Shown piece after piece: positions 52,445 to 64,000 of a stretch of DNA of 64,000 bases. Where the stretch lies: contig CM082578.2 of assembly GCA_040954595.2 (NCBI GenBank), positions 1,966,831-2,030,830 on the forward strand, in the 5' to 3' direction. Origin of the DNA: Balanoglossus misakiensis (taxonomy: Eukaryota > Animalia > Hemichordata). Positions within the stretch are counted from its first letter, which is position 1, and every line of letters starts with the position of its first letter. The position numbers were made by a program, and so were the translations under genes. The notes beneath the pieces are model-generated. The model saw only the letters and a program-made list of their open reading frames with translations, had not been told where the DNA came from and ran no database searches.

Positions 52445-53492
52445 GTATTATTATCTGTCCTGCTGGAAAATTTTACAGTTTTACGCTGAAGAAGAAGGTT
52501 GATGTAATCCTTTATTTGATTTCTGTCGTTACATTATTGTACAATGTGTTACCCTAAGGTTGGGTTCTCCAAGGTGTGTCATTTTTAAGAAGCATTATCT
52601 TGTTATTGGAGGGACAAAGTCTCTCGCTCGCTGCCGTTTTCCCATTAATTATGTTTGGTACAAGACACAGTTTATGTTATTCTACATGTGGATATATAGT
52701 GAATCATCATTTGACCACACACAACTTCCATCTTGTTTGTAGGATATGAGGGTAAAAACTCGCCCAAAATGAATGAATGGTATTCATTTTTCGCGTGTTT
52801 TTTCACTGTCGCGTCTACAAGAGGATGGAAGTTGTGTGTGGTCAAACATTGATTCTCTATATATCCACATGTAGAATAACATAAACAGTGTCTTGTAATT
52901 GTATCAAACATAATCCCTTTAAATACTCCATAATAGCTTTATCTTTTTGCTACTTTTTCAGTGTGTTTGTTTTGTGTATCTACTGCAGTTTCTTGTATAG
53001 GGAATCATCATCTGCCCATGCCTGTATCGCTCACTCTTTTTGTTTCTACCGTACATGTATTTAACACTGAATGTAATGATACTATTCACAACCACCATCA
53101 CCATCATCATCATCATAATCATCATCACCACCACCACCACCACCACCACCATCATCATCATCATCGTCATCATCATCACCATCATCATCATCAGTTTCTG
53201 CTGTTCCAAGAACTAGGCTTATCATGAGTGTAATTGATCATATCAGTTATTATGCCTATGGATACCATCTCATGACTCCTGTCCTATCTTGTAGTGTTTC
53301 TTGACAGTGATCTAGTCTATTCACATGTATCAGAAAACAAGCACTTAACAATATCTGGATTTCTCATGAATATGTGACAGATATTAACATCTAGAAGTGC
53401 ATTTACCTAAATGTACCAGTGTATGCATAGGGGGTGTGGACCAGTTGTTTAATTTACAAACATTTGTTATTCTTTCACTTTTTTTTCTTCAG

Positions 53493-56400
53493 ATAATCAC
53501 GCTCCTGAAGTCATTTACTGTCCCAATACGACCCGTATAATTAGTCCTAATAGCTTGACAACAGGAGTATGGCAGGAGCCTATATTTACAGATGATGTCG
53601 CCATTGCCAATGTGACACAAACCTACACAATGGGTAAGTTTCCTATAAAATATCATTTCTGATTATAGATAATATATAACATTCACACTAACTAAGTTTT
53701 TTTTATCGGGGTGGGGTGGGGAGTTGATCTAAACAGAAACCAACAAGCTGAGACAACTTTCCTAAGATTATGGTCAGTATGAAGCATACTGGTACAGTTT
53801 ATTCTTGTGGCCGTTACTCATATATGGCTAGCACATCCTATGTGCGACAGATGATCTTGCTTCCAAGTATTAAAGCCTCAATTGCTGATACTATTACCAT
53901 ATGTTTATAGGCCCTTTCCTCGATCCCAGGGCAGTACAATGAAGTTAAAACTCGAAAGCATTTGTGTTTGCACGTAATTGTTTATTGGAAACAAAAGATT
54001 TGACCAACTGTTGAGCAAGGCCTTTAATCAGTAAAGTACTTAATATTCTCAACTACTACTGGGGATACCCATACCACAAATGTTGTGTTCTCTTACAATG
54101 GGCAGTTGAATAAACGTGTGCGGCACCATATCTGTTTAGTATACATATCTTGTTCATGTTTATATGTACAGTCACAATCAGGAGTTGATAATATGCCTGT
54201 GTATACCCACCAGATAGCTCACTTAAATGGACCATTCTAAGTTTGAAAAGAAAATCATGAAAAACATTCAAGAAACGGAAGCTATTTTGGCTTTAGCACC
54301 CATGCCTGTAATGATGTGCATAATTTTTTTCTTACAGGTGACACCTTTTCCTGGGGAACCTACCAGATCAGCTATGTTGCTTCAGATACAGCTGGCAACA
54401 ATGCACAGTGCAACTTTTTACTCTATGTACTGCGTGAGTGAATTTTTTTATCATTCATACATAAACTTTACAAATTAATTAATATCTTGACAAATTGTCA
54501 TCTCTACCCCTTGTTATGTCTTGTCACATACTGTAAAACAGGACATTTTCGTGACAGAAAATATTTTGCAATATATCAAAAGAGGCAACTGTGACACGAG
54601 AATTAAATTTCCGCATTCTAGTATTTTACTAACTACTCTGGTATCTCTGAAAAACATTTTATGCGACTTTATTTTCTTCTTCTTTTTTGCCGAAGTTTGG
54701 GAAAATTTGCCGTTTTACAGTAATATGATTGCATCATTATCACTTTTGTCCCTATGTAACTATCAAAAATTATAACAACATCATTCAGAACATACAAGGA
54801 CACTCAAACCCGTCTAAAACAAACCCTGTCTAATCGGGAAACCTCTCTTCAACCAACAGCTTTTCCTAGTCCCTTTTACATAGAAACATGTTAATGTGTT
54901 GGTGTTCTGTTTACAAGATTTGACTGTGTAATAAATATGGGTGTCACACATACACCATTAAGACAGTTCTGAAGCATCTCAGAATTGATACTGTCTTAAA
55001 AAAACATGTGTGGACGGTGTAAGTGGTCCTGAAACGTCTCAGATTTGAGACGGCTCTGCCAGCCAGACCTGAGCCGGTGTAAGGATTAACACCTCTCCGC
55101 AACCCATTGTCTATGGGGCCGAGCCTCAGCGCCCATACATAAACTTTGATTGGATGACATTTTGCATTCCTTAGTTGACACACACAAAATGTTATCCAAT
55201 GACGTGAAGTGTATTACACGGCAGAGACTACAATGTGCCAGAAGACAGTTCCAGAGTCATTTATTCAATGTTTTTTAACGAATTTGGCTAATTTGTGGCC
55301 GTGTGAAAAATATAATCTCACACACCAAAGACCTGGGATCATATTTCTCACGCTCATCAGGGATATTTTGTCCCACACTCGCCTGCGGCTTGAGTGGGAC
55401 AATAAATCCCCAACTCATGTGTGAAATATGATCCCAGGTCCTTGGGGAATGGGAGATTCTAGTAATCCCACACTCTGGCAGATTTGAAAGCATTATATGT
55501 GCAATACATGGACAGAAACTTCAATGTGCCAGCAATCTAATTAGTATCAGATGTAGAGTTAGGCGCTTTTGATAGGTTTGGCTATTCTGTTCTCTTAGCT
55601 TTGGCTGTTCTGTTCTCTGTCTTGGCTGTTCTGTTCTCTGTCTTGGCTGTTCTCGGGTGCACGCATCTCTTTCAAACAGAACAGCCAAGAATCAGCGAAA
55701 GTAAAGAAGGCGCCTAATTCTACATCTGATTTTAATCAGATTGATGTGCCAAGTGACAGTTACACGAGAAGTAGAATCTCAAACACCGAGGAACCTGAAA
55801 TAAGATTTCTGACACTCAAACTAAAATATTGCATCTCACACTCACCTTTGCCCATGAGAAGAAATCTAACACCATATCCTTTGGGATGTATTAGATTCGG
55901 TTAATCTCCTACATGGGACGCAAGACCTGTAATTCATTTTCCATAGCCAACAATGGGAGCTTTGAGCTAAATATTCCTATTTTATAACATTCAGCGAGCC
56001 AAATTCCATTGCATGGTTTTATCTTTGATGTTATATTCTGCCATTATATTTTCCAAGAAATAAAAATGAGGAACAGTGGGCTGTCAGCAGATTACCAATT
56101 GATGTTGGCAACGAAACTGGGGAACCCATCATTGAAGAGAGACAAATTCGAATCATGACAAATCCAGCAAAACCTTTTGACTCAGGTGAAGTATTTGAGC
56201 CCCAGTAACTCTAACATTTGACTGTTTTTTCAGTATTTTTCTCCTGTGTCATTTTCTTCTTTTACTCTTTATAGCTTTTCAACAAAGTCTGTATATAAGC
56301 AACGGCCATTGTTATTGTAGAAAATGAATTCGAGTCTCGACTTCATTCAATTTTCATCAATAACAATGCAGATTACTACAAAAGGGCTGTTTTGAAATAA

Positions 56401-57169
56401 TATCCTAGTCCCTTTTACATAGAAACATGTTAATGTGTTGGTGTTCTGTTTAAAAGATTTGACTGTGTAATAAATATGGGTGTCACACATACACCATTAA
56501 GACAGTTCTGAAGCATCTCAGAATTGATACTGTCTTAAAAAAAACATGTGTGGACGGTGTAAGTGGTCCTGAAACGTCTCAGATTTGAGACGGCTCTGCC
56601 AGCCAGACCTGAGCCTGTGTAAGGATTAACACCTCTCCGCAACCCATTGTCTATGGGGCCGAGCCTCAGCGCCCATACATAAACTTTGTGTGTGTGGACA
56701 CAACATGACTCAAAGGATTAATGCTCTGTGGTTAGCACTGGCAAATAGTGTCTCAAATTTTACCCTGTGTGAACCTGGTAAAAGAGGCATTGTGCCCTAG
56801 TGGCTAGGGTTGTGGGTTCGTTACCTAGACCTGGACATTTGGGTAGTATTTGCCTCTTGGATGATATATGAGACACAGACATTTGGGTAGTATTTGCCTG
56901 TTGGATGATAGATGAAATAAAATTAAAAATATATAGACAAATAAACTGTGTTCTCCTTTCTTTTACAGCATTTGATTGTGAAAAGCCAGCACCACCAGTT
57001 AAAGGTATTTCCATCTGTAATGAGTTTGAGTCGGGTGTGTTCTGTCAGATGGATTGTTTACCAGGATACAAGTTTGCAAGCCTGCCAGCACCTTACTATC
57101 TCTGCCATAGTGAAGGATCTTTTAATCCTGAGAATCCAGACGAGGAATTCACCTTCCCTGGATGTTCAG
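53493..57169 (+). CDS. HYR domain (53493-53633, 54338-54433) and Sushi-like domain (56969-57169)
   Basis: Intact HYR frame; PFDCEKPAPPVKG...CLPGYKF...YLC...FPGC. Confidence 0.85.
56404..56687. repeat. Local direct duplication of ~54865-55147
   Basis: cctagtcccttttacatagaaacatg...gcccatacataaactttg occurs twice in the copy B intron. Confidence 0.9.
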
Positions 57170-57209
57170 GTGAGAAAAAATGATTTGGTATCAGTAAAGA
57201 AATACTGTA

Positions 57210-58264
57210 TACCGTTTTATTTTTGCGAGCGATTTATTTTTGCGACATTCGCGTGTACAACAAAACGCGAACTTTTTCCTTCGCAAACATATATACATTT
57301 CAGCTTACACACTGTACTTCTCACCTGACCTATACACACACACACGCACACAACAACAAGACGATACACCCGGTTCTTAATCAATACTATGTACATTTAT
57401 TTTTAATTCAATGTTGGAAAAAATATAAAAGGAACAAAAATAAATAAAGAGAAAATGATCATCTCATAAAGTGTGCTCCACATGAAACACGTAGCCTACG
57501 ATTGCACAACTTTCACAACCGGCCGGGGCCAGGAGGGTTAACCGTACGACTCGGGCGGAAAATGGCGTTCACTTGGCTGGTTCAAGAAAGCAAGTGGCAG
57601 ACAAAATAACAGTATTACCAAAAGTAAAATCATCAAAACAGTACAAACGAAAAAAATATTATGATATATTTACAATGATTACAAAATTAAAAATATTCAC
57701 GGGGCCTTGATCGATACAAAATGGCGGCTATTCCTTACGAAAATTTACAAAGGCCAGAAGGTCAAAGTCCACCTCCCCCTCTCAAAGTTCTCGTAGTTAA
57801 ATCTGTATTCCGCTAATAGCAGAAATTATAGATGACTTTTCAAAGCCTTCAATGATGGCACCACGATCATTTCATAGTTTATCAAATGCTGATAAAAGCC
57901 AGTTCGAATGAAGCGGTTTCAGTGTCGACAAACGGAGATCCACTGCTACTGCACTTACATCAACGCCGTTGTCAAGGGCCTCTGCTACTTTGCGCGCATA
58001 CCAGTTGTGGAATTCGTGTCCCAATGCTTCCTTGAACTTTGCGTTGAAGGACAGGTCCAGAGGCTGCAATTCTGAAGTACAGTTCGCAGGGACAAACACA
58101 GCATTGATTCCCGAGTCACGGAGTTTCGCGAGACGTAGACGCTTAGCCTTATCACCGTTTTAACGCAATCTGATCGATTTCCTGTAAACGCAAACTTAAA
58201 ACGCCGTAGAGTGCTACCTTGTTGCAAAATCGCAAAAATTTGTGATCGCAAAAATAAAACGGTA
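57210..58264 (-). mobile_element. Internally deleted pogo/Tigger-type (DDE_1) DNA transposon
   Basis: TA + CCGTTTTATTTTTGCGA ... TCGCAAAAATAAAACGG + TA. Minus-strand relic VFVPANCTSELQPLDLSFNAKFK...PLHSNWLLSAF (57872-58102) has the QPLD motif and an in-frame stop. Confidence 0.85.
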
Positions 58265-58638
58265 TACAGTATAATCAGGTTGCACATGCACATTCAGAAA
58301 ATTCTCCAAAGAGAGAGAGTTGTGAGAGGGGGTATTCCAGCATTGAGACAATTTTCTTTTAGTTATAAATGAAAAGAGAAATATGAGTAATGCAAATTCT
58401 TGCTTTACAGTATGTCAAGGTTGTGATTACAGGTAGATAATTTGTTAACATCATATCTGCTTACCCCAATATAAAGCTCCAGTACATTTGAGCTATTTTC
58501 TTAATATTTTGTTCTGGGTAAGCAGCTGTAACTTTCCTGATTGGCTAAGCGGTTTCGCAGTCTAAGTCAATACATCGTTCGCTAGATTGAAAATTGCATC
58601 TTTAACAAAATTTGTTTGTTTGTATTGTTCTACTGCAG

Positions 58639-59608
58639 CTCCTGGGAAGACTCAACGTGGAGTGAATTGTGGCGTGTCATACAATTCACAGGCTGGTACA
58701 TGTAACAATGGTGTCATCCAGCAATTGAGGATCAGTTTTATGAACACTATCAACTATCTGAATGATTTGTTTGGTATTTGTGGCGGTGAATGCAACTTTG
58801 TTGACCTTGAAATAACCTGCGGCGCCTCAAACCGAAGAAAGAGACAGGCTGATACTCAGCTTGTGGTTCAGTTCAGTTTCACAACCAATGCGTGAGTAGT
58901 AATTGTTATTTTTCGAGTATTTTATTCCCCTTCTGTTCTATTGAAATGACTTTGGTGACATGTCTAGGGTACTGATCCCAGGCTGTGTGAGGACCAGCTC
59001 TGTATTCCCTATACAGCTGGTGTTTGCATTATTGCAAAATATTCCATTCATGCAAGTGAAAACAAATTATTTTGTGTCTTAACACTCAAACATTTTCAGT
59101 TTTTGGCAACCCCATCATTTCTGCCCACCTTCCTTCATGTTGCGGCATCCTGTATTCTAAAGATTCATGCATTCGAAATATACTGCAAAACATGTTATTT
59201 TCGCGAGCAGTAAATTTCTGCAAAACATGCGCTGGTCAAAAAAACGTTAAAATAAAAAGTTGTGTAAAATGTTTTTGGAGATAATGATGCAGTTAGTGAA
59301 ATACGAGAACTCGAAAATTCGTCCTCACGTAACAGTCGCCTCTTTTAATATCGCGAAAATTTCCTGTCGTGAAAACAACCCAGTTTACAGTACACACTTC
59401 TGGTTGGTATTGTAATGTGGCATATGTAAGAATTTTTTGCCTGTTGTTTTATCCATTAGCTCTGCTGATGCTGCAGCTGTAGTTATTGAAGATGCAGTCA
59501 AGAATGGTACTTTTGATACAGCTGAATATTCAGTCGACGCTGAGACATTACAAGTTGAAAGTACAATATTCTGTTCCAATGGTAGTGTTCTTGTTGGAGA
59601 AGAATGTG
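58639..59608 (+). CDS. Membrane-proximal SEA-like module with furin site RRKR, exons 58639-58891 and 59460-59608
   Basis: ...ITCGASNRRKRQADTQLVVQFSF... then ...FCSNGSVLVGEEC. Phases 1-2-1. Confidence 0.78.
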
Positions 59609-60200
59609 GTGAGTGCCTATTCTCCTCAGTTATTATGTACTTTAACCCTTTCACTCCCAGTTTCCTCTATAGAGGTCAAACCTTACCATAGAAAACAATT
59701 GGTTTGGACTGAACCATGGTGGTGAAAGGATTAAAACTGTGTCCAAAATTAATATTATAAAAAGGTGTAGATGTTAATATGTTTATATCGCCTGATATGA
59801 CCTGTTAGGTGGGCCGTATTGCTGCGAGTGTGGTTGTGAGTCGCAGTGTACAAATCAAAGACAAGTGTGAGTGGTAAATACAACCCAACCAAGAGGTGAT
59901 ATAAGGAAATAATTGATTTGATATGCTCATACCAAGGAGGGACAAAGTCTCTTTTGCTGCCCTTTTTCCATTAATTATGTTTGATAGAAGACACAGTTAA
60001 TGTTATTCTACATGTGGATATATAGTGAATCAACATTCAACCACACACAACTGCCATCCCACTTGTAGACACAAGAGTGAAAAACTGGCCAAAATGAATG
60101 CTGTGTGTTACAATTGTAGTTGTGTTTTAAACCATTAATGCATAATGATCAGTACATGAACAATGTATACATCTGCCTTCAACATTTTGTATTTCCACAG

Positions 60201-61496
60201 TATTGTGTCCTGAAGGGTCGTACCATGACACTGAGCTGAGTCAGTGCCATCCTTGTGCAATTGGATATTATCAACCCCTTGAAGGACAAACAGCATGCAA
60301 TGCCTGTCCAAATAATGGAGTCACCAGGGGAAAGAGATCATTATCCATCTTGCAGTGTTTTGGTATGTATAACAGAAGGCAATATCTCCTCCTCGTCCAC
60401 AGCCATAGCCTAGTATCTAGCCGTATTTTGTCCGCTTTGCTTCCAAAACTAGCGTCTAGCCTCACTCATGCCACTGGCCCGATAAAACCCCATACCCCTT
60501 GCCGGGAATTGTGACGTATATATCAAATTATTGTGGTGTGATCCAATATGGAAAGAATGACAATTGGAATGTTCATCTCTTTGGTTGAAAAAATAATTTT
60601 TCAACAATGATGTCTATTGCAGAGAGGTGCGATGTTGGTCACTACTTTGACAACGGGACTTCTCAGTGCCAAAGCTGCCCTATTGGATTCTGGCAATCAG
60701 AAGAAGGAAAGTTTGTGTGTAATACTTGCCCAAAGGGAATGCTTACATTAGTTGAAGGAGCTACTGATGAGTCACAATGTCAGGGTAGGTACTTGTGTTA
60801 TTTGCTATTCTTGACTATCAATCACATGATCTGGCCATGTGACGTACCCATGGCGTTATCATTTGTAAGTGACAGGCAAGCAATATTTCGGCATCCAGTA
60901 AACTTTTTTCCGAGTAGGTTTTTACTTTAGAACCGCCAGATATGTAACATATTCAACAGTTTAACAAATTCACGTGAGTGAAAAGCAGATAATCGTGAAT
61001 ATCAAAAAAATTAATCTTCTCAATTACAGAGGTATGTAAATCAGTGGGAGTCCAACTTAGTGTCAATGGGTCTTGTGAGTCGTGTCCCATGGGAACCTAT
61101 CGATCAAATGCTGAACTTCAGCCATCTTGTATGCCGTGCCCATTTGGCTTCACCACAAGAACAGTCGGTTCAACCTTAAGTGAAGATTGTAATGTTCGTA
61201 AGTATTATGTATACAACTTTTCATGTTGTATCTCAACTGTACTGAACTGAAGGTTGTATTATTGTGCCTCAGTTGTTCAGAATAATGATAGTCCTCCAAT
61301 TTTATTCTATGCTATTTTTCCATTCCATCAACAGCTTACTGCAATGTTGGTTGGTACTTGAATCAGGAGTCCTATAGATGTGAGAAATGCCCTGTTGGAA
61401 CATATAACTTTGAATTCAACCAGGATGCTTGTCAACCATGCCCAACTGGCTACACTACAGGCAGAGAGGGTGCCCTATATGAAACAGAATGTGTTG
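60201..61496 (+). CDS. Four GCC2/GCC3 repeats, exons 60201-60362, 60623-60784, 61030-61197, 61335-61496
   Basis: CPEGSY..CHPCAIGYYQ..CNACP and similar; phase-1 exons. Confidence 0.88.
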
Positions 61497-62064
61497 GTAG
61501 GAATAATTTTTCATAATCATAGAACTGATAACATGCATGAAGTGCTTGTGGAGATCAACCTTAACTGTTCAATCTGACACAAACACTTCATTATAAGAAA
61601 TTTTCTTCTTTATTTAGAGTATCATTTGATATGTTGTGTGATCCAATATTTTTATATAATTTAATAATGCTCCTATTTTAACACCTTTTCTGAAAATTTC
61701 ACGGAAATAACAATATCGTAATACTGTTTTCTCAGAATTCTACATGTTAGGCTATGGAATGTGATAACCATGCACTGCATCTGGGTAGTCATCTAACTTA
61801 AAGGTATACAGTCACCTCCAATTTACAAACGCCCATATATGGCTGAAATGGAGTATATGAGAGTTCTAAAGAACATATGGTGGCGCTCTTTTTTGCATGT
61901 GCCACCCACTGAAAATCTGTGATTGGCTAGATCTCCTTTTGCCATGGTAACTATAGCTAATTTTCCATAGGTGACCGTATACCTTTAACTGGTGATATGT
62001 ATGAAGATCCCATAGTTTTATTTGGTGGTCAGTTAAAGACATTGCAAGAATTTTTGTTTTCTAG

Positions 62065-62628
62065 ATGCACATGAATGTCGTCTTGGTCTGGATGACTGTC
62101 ACCCAAATGCCACTTGCAGGAATCTTGTACCAGGATATGAATGCACTTGCAAAACTGGTTTCACTGGTGATGGAATAACTTGTACAGGTATGTAACTATC
62201 TACAACTGAAATGTCAACAGAAATATGTACAGCTAAAACGTAGACACTACTGTTGATTTTATGCTCTTAAAGGGACAAAGTATCTCTCTTGCTGCCCTTT
62301 TTCCATTAATTATGTTTGATACAAGACACTGTTTATGTTATTCACCCGGTACATGTGGATATATAGTGAATCAACGTTCGACAGCACACAACTTCCATTC
62401 CGTTTGTAAGAAATGAATCTACAAGTGGGTTTAGTTCTTGTCTAATACAAATGGTTCGTCAGGTAGAATAATGTGATGTGATTTTATTCTTGTGTCTAGA
62501 CAAATGTGAAGGGTTCTGCTCAAACAATGCTGTTTGCATCAAGGACAGTGATGGCAATCCTGTTTGTGAATGTACTGATGAATATCAAGGTGAAACTTGC
62601 CGCCAGAGAATACCAATGCAAGTTAAAG
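62065..62628 (+). CDS. Two EGF domains, exons 62065-62187 and 62500-62628
   Basis: DAHECRLGLDDCHPNATCRNLVPGYECTCKTGFTGDGITC; CEGFCSNNAVC...CECTDEYQGETC. Confidence 0.88.
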
Positions 62629-62895
62629 GTGTGTATACATTTCTTTGTCTTTTAATAACTCAAGATTAAAAAACAATATTCACTAAAGTTTACACATTTG
62701 TTTGATCTACATGATTACAGTTTACGTTGTCTTGAAAATATTTGTGAAAATGGTGAAACTGCAACATCTGCAGTATAACTAGATTTTTGGTCAACTAACC
62801 ATTTTACAATAGTTAAGCATCATAATGAATGGTTTTCTTGCTTTTATCATAGCATATCGCCCCCGTGACAAATAGAAATATTTAAACTCTTACAG

Positions 62896-63600
62896 ATTCC
62901 TCCGTTGACACAGCTGTCATCATTGGTGGTGTTGCGGGAGGTTTAGCGGCTGTGTTAGTGCTTGGTGTAATAATGTTACTCATGTACCAACGGTAAGTTA
63001 TTTAGTATTACCAGAGTAGAATCGAGACAGCTGTAGAAATGTTGCCCATCAGAAAACTGGGAATTTACCTGTATCTTTCCATACATGCATGAGGCAACGT
63101 GAAAAATAATCTCATCTGTATCGTGGAAGCAAATTTATTCAAAGAGTTCATGCATAGACCTATTCGCGTATAGGGTAACTGCAGTGCATCATGGTATAAT
63201 TTGCGTTCAACATGCATGGCGGCTAACAAGGCAAAGTCACGCGACCAGACCGCAAAGTGTCCAACAACCACCTGCGTTATTCTACAGTAGTAACCACATC
63301 ACAACAAATCCCACATTGATGATGTTCAACTATTTGACATTCAGGTGTGCTCTTGGAGGAAAGAAACATCCGGGCTGGGAAGAACAAGAGGCAACTATGG
63401 ATATCCATTTGTTTGATGATACAGATGATGTTGATAGCAAGGCAGGGAAAAGTGTGGAAGATGAGGAAGCCTTCAGAGAAATCTATCACTACAATCCCAT
63501 GTATAGTGGCGACAGTGGTAGTGCCAGTGGAAGTGAGGAATGGAGACCAAGGCCTCTTAAGAGTAGAAATGAACTATTTCATGAGAGTCACGGAGACTGA
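62896..63600 (+). CDS. Transmembrane exon (62896-62992) and terminal cytoplasmic-tail exon (63345-63600)
   Basis: AVIIGGVAGGLAAVLVLGVIMLLMY hydrophobic helix; tail with YHYNPMY; TGA at 63598-63600. Confidence 0.85.
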
Positions 63601-64000
63601 TACTTTTAATGTGCCATCTCTGTGTGTACATGTATGGTATAATTCAAATGATAACTAGAATGGTTTTCATTTTGTGAGTTGACACAGTACTGTGATAAGC
63701 TTGGTATAATCCCATAAATGATAACAATAATAGTTATGCTTTGTCAGACGACAGTACTGTGATAAGCGCACATTAAATTGGTTGGAGTGAAACAGATCTT
63801 TATTATTACACTCTTAGCAACATCTGAATGAAATGATCATAAATAATCATCTTTAAAGTATGTTGGTTATAAGGCTATATATTTTACATATTTTAAAGAA
63901 TTTTCCTTAAAAATTTGTTATGACTTATTATAAGGTATAGTGTAATGAGAAAGATATGATAATACGAGAATTCCTAAACAACAACATATTTGTGTTGAAT

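Larger units (their letters stand above)
28820..63600 (+). pseudogene. Uninflatable(Uif)-like giant single-pass receptor gene, copy B (no start exon found; disabled; internal 10.6-kb deletion)
   Basis: LDLa-CUBx3-Sushi-EGF with Uif-like signature LYANNGTGGFYLPPGETG...YTFNQSCV, then HYR, GCC2/3, EGF, TM and tail. TAG at 30583-30585, donor deleted at ~51350, phase-incompatible join 52444->53493. Confidence 0.75.

Overview
Intron-rich, AT-rich animal genomic DNA (probably a marine invertebrate; taxon cannot be fixed from the sequence). The + strand carries two tandem, near-identical partial copies of a giant uninflatable (Uif/SP1070)-like single-pass cell-surface gene. Copy A spans <1-21635 and copy B spans 28820-63600. 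Between them lie the 3' exons of GDAP2 (CRAL-TRIO domain, 24589-27883). Exons were walked by hand using GT/AG sites and intron phase. The merged architecture is LDLa-3xCUB-4xSushi-2xEGF-3xSushi-[split Sushi]-HYR-Sushi-SEA-like-3xGCC2/3-12xEGF-pentraxin/LamG-HYR-Sushi-SEA-like(RRKR)-4xGCC2/3-2xEGF-TM-NPxY tail. The main surprise is the insert in the split Sushi domain. Where arthropod Uif carries FA58C/discoidin domains (recalled, not searched), this gene carries Thr-rich mucin stalks and intron-containing, microbial-type expansin (EXLX-like DPBB+CBM63) modules, followed by a furin site. The expansin-mucin unit varies in number (at least 2 in A, 1 apparently recombinant unit in B). Its Asp82 equivalent and cellulose-binding aromatic triad are substituted. 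Both copies carry different inactivating lesions: nonsense codons, a frameshift, lost splice sites and a 10.6-kb deletion. Introns are full of MITEs (TA-, TTAA- and TNA-target families, hairpin elements) and include one pogo-type transposase relic.
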